Virus record (IMG/VR): IMGVR_UViG_3300028194_000749
Strand: one strand, 5' to 3'
Length of the DNA: 20,000 nucleotides
Origin: an uncultured virus (IMG/VR IMGVR_UViG_3300028194_000749)
Lineage: Duplodnaviria; Heunggongvirae; Uroviricota; Caudoviricetes
Below the pieces are notes generated by a model. It was not told where the DNA came from and did no database searches. It saw nothing but the letters and a program-made list of their open reading frames with translations. Positions 8,552 to 15,005 of this stretch are shown here, one piece after another. How positions within the stretch are numbered: position 1 is the first letter of the stretch; the number at the start of each line of letters is the position of its first letter. The translations under genes and the position numbers were made by a program.

Positions 8552-9259
8552 ATGAGTATGAGAAGCCAAGTATATGAATGGGCCAACCTCGCACCTGTTG
8601 GACAGACATCCACTCTACGAAGAACAACTGCTGATGTGCCAAAAGCATTGACCGCAAATCGTGAGTATGACCTGTTTATCGGAGGCGTTGGGAACAACAT
8701 TACCAAGCCAGCAGAAACGACCGCCACACAGTTTATCGTGATTGAAGATATTGCGTGCAGCCCGAACCTATCCGGTGCTGTCCAAATCCGAATCAACACG
8801 ACAGATTACTTCCAGAACCCTGATGTTACCGATATGGTCGGTATCCCGGGATTGGCAAGTCCTTACCCTCGTGGTGCAAACAGCGCAGTTGCTCTCGCAT
8901 CTGCTACACCTGCTGCTTTCCAAGCAAGTATCACTGATAACATCTTGAAGTCTTTCGACCTCTACCCTGATGTTTATGTGCTACCGGGACAAACTTTCCA
9001 GATTCTATACACCCCTCTGGTTACTACCCCTGCTGCTGCTGACGCTGCGACTTCTACCGCAGTTGTCTCCGCTTTCGTGAAATACACTCTTTACGACGGA
9101 CCGGACGCTCTTATCGCTAACAAACTTTTGGAACTTGGTGTCACCATCAACCCAAACAATGTTGATTGGTATAAGCGCAGCCTGATTGAACAACAACAAC
9201 GCTCTGCTTCTGCTGCTGCTGCTTCGGCTGCTGCTGCTATGGCTAACGGAGGTGTCTGA
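8552..9259 (+). CDS. Putative major capsid protein 1 (single jelly-roll candidate)
   Basis: 235 aa, beta-strand-like pattern, close paralog of the next gene, GGAGATGA SD, visibly more C-ending codons (TTC/AAC/ATC/TAC). The fold is inferred. Confidence 0.6.
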   Translation: MSMRSQVYEWANLAPVGQTSTLRRTTADVPKALTANREYDLFIGGVGNNITKPAETTATQFIVIEDIACSPNLSGAVQIRINTTDYFQNPDVTDMVGIPGLASPYPRGANSAVALASATPAAFQASITDNILKSFDLYPDVYVLPGQTFQILYTPLVTTPAAADAATSTAVVSAFVKYTLYDGPDALIANKLLELGVTINPNNVDWYKRSLIEQQQRSASAAAASAAAAMANGGV

Positions 9260-9260
9260 T

Positions 9261-9938
9261 ATGAGTATGCGAAGTCAAGTATATGAATGGGACGCTGGCC
9301 GTGGAACTGCTGCTGCTAACGCTAACGCAGGCTCCCGTATTTCAGTCTTTATTGGCGGAATTGGTAACAACATCACCAAGCCTGCTGAAACAACTGCAAC
9401 CGAGTTCGTAGTTATTGAAGATATTGCTGTTTCACCAACTCTACCTTTGGGTATTGCTGCTGGTGCTGGAGCAACTCCGGTTGTTGTCACAACTGATGTT
9501 CGTGGACTTTCCTACGACCCAGTTCAAGGAACTGCTGGTGGCCGTGCGTATGTTCAAGTGCGTATCAACACCACTGATTACTTCCTCGACCCTGACAATG
9601 TGCCAAACGACGGTATTCCGGGAACTGCTTCCCCATACCCACGAAGTCTAAACTTCCAGCCTTCGTTCAACCTTTACCCTGATGTCTATGTGCTACCGGG
9701 TCAAGTTTGGGATGTTTTGGTAACTTTCTACCACTCTGCTGGTTTGCTAACCACCACAGGCACCTCTTTGGCTGCTGGCGGTGTTGCTGCAACAGGACAA
9801 CTTCAGTGTTTCGTTAAATACACCCTCTATGATGGACCAGATGCTCTTATCGCCAACAAACTTTTGGAGATGGGAATCAGTATCAACCCCGGAAATGTGG
9901 ACTGGTATAAGCGCAGCCTGCTTGCTTCCCAAGCATAA
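9261..9938 (+). CDS. Putative major capsid protein 2 (paralog of 8552-9259)
   Basis: 225 aa; both start MSMRSQVYEW and share GNNITKPAETTAT, RINTTDYF, LYPDVYVLPGQ, FVKYTLYDGPDALIANKLLE, NVDWYKRSL; GGAGGTG SD before ATG 9261. Confidence 0.6.
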   Translation: MSMRSQVYEWDAGRGTAAANANAGSRISVFIGGIGNNITKPAETTATEFVVIEDIAVSPTLPLGIAAGAGATPVVVTTDVRGLSYDPVQGTAGGRAYVQVRINTTDYFLDPDNVPNDGIPGTASPYPRSLNFQPSFNLYPDVYVLPGQVWDVLVTFYHSAGLLTTTGTSLAAGGVAATGQLQCFVKYTLYDGPDALIANKLLEMGISINPGNVDWYKRSLLASQA

Positions 9939-9963
9939 GCGTAAAACCTACGCCGAATCCGAG

Positions 9964-10021
9964 CCTCTGGCTGGGGTGGAGATAGTCGAAAGACTGTTGA
10001 TGAAACCCCAGCCCATAGAGG
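9964..10021 (+). ncRNA. Structured intergenic RNA containing a kink-turn
   Basis: 9969-9977 pairs with 10005-10013; 9981-9987 pairs with 9992-9998 closed by GAAA; GAU bulge 9999-10001 followed by G.A, A.G, A.G pairs; CCTCT/AGAGG outer stem. Confidence 0.7.
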
Positions 10022-10041
10022 TAACGAATAGGAGTGATTAG

Positions 10042-10266
10042 GTGGATACCAAAACCTTGCTAACCGATGTGTTAATCGTCGGAACCGTATTGTTTGTAGT
10101 AGGAACATGGATAACCTCGCATCATAGTCATAAGATTGTGACGCAAGACCACCCTGAACATCGAGTTCGGGACTTCCTTATCTACACTTGTGCTGGTATT
10201 GCCTTGATTACAGTTGGTAGTAACATGATTACTGATAGTATGATTTCTCGCTTAGGCGGTAACTAA
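10042..10266 (+). CDS. Small 2-TM membrane protein (paralog of next gene)
   Basis: GTG start with AGGAGTGA SD; two hydrophobic helices. Confidence 0.8.
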   Translation: MDTKTLLTDVLIVGTVLFVVGTWITSHHSHKIVTQDHPEHRVRDFLIYTCAGIALITVGSNMITDSMISRLGGN

Positions 10267-10267
10267 C

Positions 10268-10459
10268 ATGGATGCACTCTATCTTGGAAGCGTTATGTTC
10301 GTGGCTGGCTTTTTGCTAACCACTTACCATGTCAGCGAAATGTTTGACCCTAAGACTAAAGCCGTGTCCCATTTAGCATGGGCTATGGTTGGAGTAGGAT
10401 TGTTCCAAATAGGTTCTAATCTTGCTGCTGGTGGTCTACAAGAACGCCTAAAGTCATAA
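10268..10459 (+). CDS. Small 2-TM membrane protein
   Basis: 63 aa; shares G[TS]V[LM]FVxG..T..H and G..L..[VI]GSN...RL with the previous ORF. Confidence 0.8.
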   Translation: MDALYLGSVMFVAGFLLTTYHVSEMFDPKTKAVSHLAWAMVGVGLFQIGSNLAAGGLQERLKS

Positions 10460-10464
10460 GGGCT

Positions 10465-10492
10465 GGGAGTTCAAATCTCTCCGACTCCACCA
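10465..10492 (+). other. tRNA 3'-end fragment (T-arm + acceptor strand + ACCA); att-like site or remnant
   Basis: GGGAG-TTCAAAT-CTCTC-CGACTCC-A-CCA; no matching 5' half upstream. Confidence 0.7.
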
Positions 10493-10496
10493 TTAG

Positions 10497-10505
10497 TATT
10501 AAGTA
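10497..10505 (+). promoter_or_regulatory. TATA-like box TATTAAGTA
   Basis: 31 nt before ATG 10528. Confidence 0.75.
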
Positions 10506-10527
10506 AGTGTTATGTCATATCATTACC

Positions 10528-11457
10528 ATGGGTTTTGATGTTATTATACCAACCTACAAGGTATCTCCAGAGTTTATTCAAACTGCTTTAGAGTCTGTGC
10601 AATCACAAACTCTTGATAATTGGCGTTGCTGGATAGTCGATGGCACACCTACTGATTATGAATCCTATGATGATTTTATGAAAGTAGTGAATACTTTCAC
10701 GACCTCGGATAAGTTTAGTTACTTGCGCCAATCTGGAACAGGAGTCTCACAGGCCAGAAACGAAGCCATAAGTTTAGGAGAAGCAACTTATATTGCTACC
10801 CTTGATGGTGACGACTTTTGGTATCCAGAACATCTGGAATGGATGACTGAAGCCATAGTAGACTCAGAATCAGAAACTTTACCTACTGCTTTGTGGTGGG
10901 CTGGTGCTGATGCACATATTCTGATTAAATCTATCAAGACTGATGAGGTTTATACCCATGATGGCGTATTAGGTTGGTTTGGAGATTATGCCAAGATTCG
11001 CCCTGAAGACCACCATTTTTACTTGCGAACTCATGCAGTGATACCTTCTAACTCGGTTTTCTTGCGTGCTCGCTTTGAAGCCGTTGATGGTTATAATGAA
11101 ACTTTGCAGATTGGTGAAGACACTGATTTGTATCTCCGTATGATTGATAATCCACTTACTCAGGGTTTCGGTAAAACTTTCCGAGGCTATCAATTTGATG
11201 CTGTCAGTGGTTATCATGGATGCGGACCTTGGCAAACTACCCAAATGGGAGGTCAAACCTCCGCCGCCGATGGACGGAGTTCCGAAGAAATAAAAGCCGA
11301 GTTCGTCAAACAAACCTTAACATCTCTTCGTGCCAGTATTACTATGGAAGACCAACCTGCGGAAGTTTCCTCCGAATACTGGCAATTCTTAATAGACAGC
11401 ATAAATGCTTATCAAAACACTCGTGAATCATCCATTATGGAATCAGCCCATCTTTAA
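10528..11457 (+). CDS. Glycosyltransferase family 2 (GT-A fold)
   Basis: DVIIPTY, ALESVQSQT, GVSQARN, LDGDD (DxD), GEDTDLYLR; start reassigned to ATG 10528. Confidence 0.9.
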   Translation: MGFDVIIPTYKVSPEFIQTALESVQSQTLDNWRCWIVDGTPTDYESYDDFMKVVNTFTTSDKFSYLRQSGTGVSQARNEAISLGEATYIATLDGDDFWYPEHLEWMTEAIVDSESETLPTALWWAGADAHILIKSIKTDEVYTHDGVLGWFGDYAKIRPEDHHFYLRTHAVIPSNSVFLRARFEAVDGYNETLQIGEDTDLYLRMIDNPLTQGFGKTFRGYQFDAVSGYHGCGPWQTTQMGGQTSAADGRSSEEIKAEFVKQTLTSLRASITMEDQPAEVSSEYWQFLIDSINAYQNTRESSIMESAHL

Positions 11458-11460
11458 GTA
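11452..11460 (+). promoter_or_regulatory. TATA-like box CTTTAAGTA
   Basis: 32 nt before ATG 11484; contains the previous TAA stop. Confidence 0.8.
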
Positions 11461-11483
11461 GGTCATACGACCTATGCTATACT

Positions 11484-12845
11484 ATGAGCCGCATTGAAAT
11501 TGAAACACCTATTGGACCCATTACTGCTAACCTTGATGAACTCGGAGAAAGTCTTTCTTATCTTATGACTAAGGTAAAGAAAACAGACAAAGTAGACCAA
11601 GCCATTTCTAAGTTCTTACAAGTTGATGAAGATACCACCCATCCTATTGAGTCCAAGCGTAAGTATTACCACGATAGGTCTTATATCTTTTGGATGGAAG
11701 CCCTGATGGAAGTTATCAATACTGGCTATGATATTACTCGTGCCGAAAATTACAACTACGGCGACACCATGACCGCACCTATTTGGTTTGATGAAAAGGT
11801 CGGAGATGTTACCGTTAAAGTGCCACACAAACTCGTTATGTATGTGCAATCTAAAACTAATACTGAAGAAAGATTTGTTATTATGTTCACTCCGTTTGAT
11901 GAATACGAAGTAGATATGGTATTTCAATTTAGAAGTGGTTGTTTTGATTACTCAGAGTTTTGGCAAACAGTAGAAGATTACTTTTACAATCAAGGTTTGC
12001 TTAAGGGCGCACACTTTACTGCGGATTTCAAGATGTTAGATACACCTAAACTTGATTGGAATGATATTGTTATCAAATCTGAAGACCGTCGGATTTTAGA
12101 CCGAAACTTAGTAAAGTTTATTGATTCCGTAGAGTTGTATCGTAGCAAAGGATTAAGAGGAAGTCGAGGTGTGTTGTTGGCGGGTCCTCCCGGCACAGGG
12201 AAAACTCTAAGTTGTAAAGTTTTAATGAACTCTTTGGATGCTACGGTATTGTATGTTTCTCGTGATGCCGTTACTGATGTCGGACAAATAACAGAACTTT
12301 ACAAAATGGCTCGGAGGTTATCTCCATCAGTAGTTATTCTGGAAGATATTGACACGCTGGGAGGGCTTGGTCGAGATGAAGGCGACCATCCACTACTCGG
12401 TGAGTTCCTGAATTGTTTAGCAGGTGTGGAAGATAACGACGGTGTAGTAACTTTGGCTACTACCAATCATCCTGAAAAACTGGATTGGGCTTTGACAGAC
12501 CGACCCGGCCGATTTGATGTCAGACTAAAGTTTGACTATCCTGATGAGAAAAGTCGTATGGCAATTTTGGATAAGTATTTGACACCATTCCAAACTAAAA
12601 ACATTAAACTTAAATCTCTAATGAAGAGAACTGATAAGTTTTCTGGTGCCTATCTACAAGAAATTGTTCAGTCTGCCTTTATGGTAGCCCACGAAGAATG
12701 TGGTTATTGTGATGAACCCACCATTACGCAGAATCATTTGGAACAAGCCTTGACTCAAATGGAATCCCAACGAGCCACAGTAAGCCGGGAAAAAGGTTTG
12801 ACCTATAATGGCACAGAAATGACTTACGAGGAATTGTATAACTAA
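11484..12845 (+). CDS. AAA+ ATPase (classic AAA clade, single ATPase domain)
   Basis: Walker A GPPGTGKT, Walker B VILEDID, sensor/SRH ATTNHPEKLDWALTDRPGRFD, FSGAYL; C-terminus LYN. Confidence 0.93.
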   Translation: MSRIEIETPIGPITANLDELGESLSYLMTKVKKTDKVDQAISKFLQVDEDTTHPIESKRKYYHDRSYIFWMEALMEVINTGYDITRAENYNYGDTMTAPIWFDEKVGDVTVKVPHKLVMYVQSKTNTEERFVIMFTPFDEYEVDMVFQFRSGCFDYSEFWQTVEDYFYNQGLLKGAHFTADFKMLDTPKLDWNDIVIKSEDRRILDRNLVKFIDSVELYRSKGLRGSRGVLLAGPPGTGKTLSCKVLMNSLDATVLYVSRDAVTDVGQITELYKMARRLSPSVVILEDIDTLGGLGRDEGDHPLLGEFLNCLAGVEDNDGVVTLATTNHPEKLDWALTDRPGRFDVRLKFDYPDEKSRMAILDKYLTPFQTKNIKLKSLMKRTDKFSGAYLQEIVQSAFMVAHEECGYCDEPTITQNHLEQALTQMESQRATVSREKGLTYNGTEMTYEELYN

Positions 12846-12851
12846 CCATAA

Positions 12852-12860
12852 CTTTAAGTA
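12852..12860 (+). promoter_or_regulatory. TATA-like box CTTTAAGTA
   Basis: 31 nt before ATG 12883. Confidence 0.8.
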
Positions 12861-12882
12861 GCAAAATGGTATAAGATTACTT

Positions 12883-14967
12883 ATGGCATTCATTTTACCT
12901 ACCATTATTTGTCCTGCGTGTGGTTTTGACCCGTATGACATGATTTTTTATGCCGTTAAACAAGAGTTTCCCGATAGAAACCCTCGTGATGTTATTGAAG
13001 AAATGTCTGACGAAGAATACAAAGAGGAAGCAGAGTTCTATGTTTTTGAAAATCACATAGATTATTGTCCTAATCAAGATAAGTTGATGAAGATTTCTGC
13101 TGGCTTTGAAACCGAAGAAGAAGCATTTGCTTATGCTTACAATCAAGGCCATGCAGCCTCTCGTAAGAATACTGCTTACAAACCTAATCCAACCGGCAAA
13201 GATACTATGGATTTCAAAAAGATATTCAAGCAGCGTGCTGAATCTGCTGGCAAAAAGTCTTGTTCAGATTGTAGTCAAGATGAAGAAGATGGCTACACAA
13301 TTAGCACTTGCTATGATTGTGGTGAAGAGTTCTGCGAAGACTGTTTCTGCTCTGATTGCGATAATTGTGATGATGATTGCACTTGTAAGTGTGTTGAATG
13401 TGGTGACAAAGACAGTTATAAGTATGAACTTGCAGACGGTGGTAATGTTTGCAGGGATTGTGGCAGCCGTTGTGACGAATGCTACAAAACATTCCTCCAA
13501 GATGAAGTCAGAGGCAACAACATAAACTATAAATCTTACTGTAATGACTGTCGCTCAGAGATGGGAGAATGTCATATTTGCGAGGATATATTGATTTACG
13601 GTTATAACGATAATGGGTCTTGCGAAGTTTGTGATGAATCAGTTTGTCAGGAATGTAGTTCCGAAACCGAAGACCCCGAAAAACCCGGTTATGTTGGACA
13701 TGATGTAGCCTGTGATAACTGTGTCAAAGAGAAAAAGTTAGTAGTTACTGCTGAAACTTTTGAGGCTCCATATGCTGGTGCAGGTAGTTTGATGGGTATT
13801 GGCCAAGGCACAGGACTCGGAAGTTTCACTTCTAAAGAACTTACCGAAAGTAGTGCTATTCATGGTGATTTTGATTCAGCCAGTCTAAATTATTCTGGAA
13901 AACAAAACTTAGAAGTCCGTGCTGAAGCAGATGCCAAACAAACTCCTTTTGTATGGTGTGTTGTAAGGGCTTTTGATGAAGACGATGGAAGCGGAGTGGG
14001 AGAAGTTGAGAATACAGAAGTATTAGGTGTTTTCAAATATAAGAAGGATGCTGATAAAGCCATGAAATCGGTTTATAATGAAATGAAATCGCAAGGATTG
14101 GAAGAAGATTATGATAAAGATGGTTTTTATACAGATAATGGATTTATTCATACGACTAAATCAAAATTAGGGCAATTATGGATGCCCTATGGAGCATATA
14201 GGTTTTGGAATGCAGAATCCTTTGAAGCAGACTGGCGAGATTTGCCTCGTGATAGTGCTGGTCGTTGGATGTCATGGACATCATTCACCCCCACTTCTGA
14301 AGAACCCGAAAACTTAGATGCTTATATTGACATCCAACCCGCACAGTCTGGCACCTTCCCTCTGCCAGTAGAAAAACAGGAGACTTTTTCAGAATCTCAA
14401 ATCACTCTGCGAGAATTATCAGAAACCATGAATGCACTTACTGGAAATCTACTTGGTTTTGATATGGCCTACCGCACCGTTCTTGATATGTTGGGTTCAC
14501 AAGATAGCCCAGAACGCCGAGAAGCCTTGTTATCTACTATGGAAGAAACCATTATGACTTTAGAGTTTTACGAAGAAACAGACTATGATGGTGATATTCA
14601 AATGATGGTCGATATTATGCGTCAAAATGGTATGAATCCACCTCCACAATTTGAAGAAGAAGTTCTGGCTCGCTATCAATTTGAAGATAAATGGGCAGCA
14701 GAGGATAAAAAGATTCTCAAACCAGAAGTTCCTGCTGATTACAATATCAACCAAACTTTTGGCAACAACATGGTTTTGATGTCGGAAGATGATGAGGGTC
14801 CTACCATCGAAGATTTCTTTAGAGATATATCAAAAGTTTTGAATAAGTATGGTGAGTTCTCATGGGACTCTGAAGCAGGCGAAGAAGGACTCTACTTTTC
14901 AGGAATGTTACTACCTAATAATGGAGCCGATAACTTCTTCCAATATGATGAAGATTTCTCCGAGTAA
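12883..14967 (+). CDS. Large acidic modular protein with Cys-rich (CxxC-repeat) region
   Basis: 694 aa; about 27 Cys in 13243-13755; segments bounded by QRAE, TAETFEA, VRAE, NAESFEA, WAAE, LMSE. Confidence 0.85.
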   Translation: MAFILPTIICPACGFDPYDMIFYAVKQEFPDRNPRDVIEEMSDEEYKEEAEFYVFENHIDYCPNQDKLMKISAGFETEEEAFAYAYNQGHAASRKNTAYKPNPTGKDTMDFKKIFKQRAESAGKKSCSDCSQDEEDGYTISTCYDCGEEFCEDCFCSDCDNCDDDCTCKCVECGDKDSYKYELADGGNVCRDCGSRCDECYKTFLQDEVRGNNINYKSYCNDCRSEMGECHICEDILIYGYNDNGSCEVCDESVCQECSSETEDPEKPGYVGHDVACDNCVKEKKLVVTAETFEAPYAGAGSLMGIGQGTGLGSFTSKELTESSAIHGDFDSASLNYSGKQNLEVRAEADAKQTPFVWCVVRAFDEDDGSGVGEVENTEVLGVFKYKKDADKAMKSVYNEMKSQGLEEDYDKDGFYTDNGFIHTTKSKLGQLWMPYGAYRFWNAESFEADWRDLPRDSAGRWMSWTSFTPTSEEPENLDAYIDIQPAQSGTFPLPVEKQETFSESQITLRELSETMNALTGNLLGFDMAYRTVLDMLGSQDSPERREALLSTMEETIMTLEFYEETDYDGDIQMMVDIMRQNGMNPPPQFEEEVLARYQFEDKWAAEDKKILKPEVPADYNINQTFGNNMVLMSEDDEGPTIEDFFRDISKVLNKYGEFSWDSEAGEEGLYFSGMLLPNNGADNFFQYDEDFSE

Positions 14968-14974
14968 GCGTAAT

Positions 14975-14983
14975 CTTTAAGTA
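14975..14983 (+). promoter_or_regulatory. TATA-like box CTTTAAGTA
   Basis: 31 nt before ATG 15006. Confidence 0.8.
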
Positions 14984-15005
14984 TCAGACGCAACCAATTT
15001 ATATT

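Noticed and set aside
9186..9260. Poly-Leu 'signal peptide' at the start of ORF 9186-9938
   Set aside because: Off-frame reading of the poly-Ala GCT codons of the upstream gene; the SD and paralogy place the start at 9261.
9985..10010. Hammerhead ribozyme (GAAA and UGAUGA present)
   Set aside because: The core CUGANGA is absent (UUGAUGA), the GAAA is a tetraloop, and the topology fits a K-turn.
10417..10492. Complete tRNA gene (TCATAA resembles a Met anticodon loop)
   Set aside because: No 5' acceptor strand, D-arm or anticodon stem; the upstream sequence is coding.
11484..12845. Calling the ATPase FtsH, PAN, Cdc48 or a packaging ATPase
   Set aside because: No TM or protease domain, no PAN-type coiled-coil N-terminus recognised, only one AAA domain, and the motifs are classic AAA rather than FtsK/HerA or terminase.
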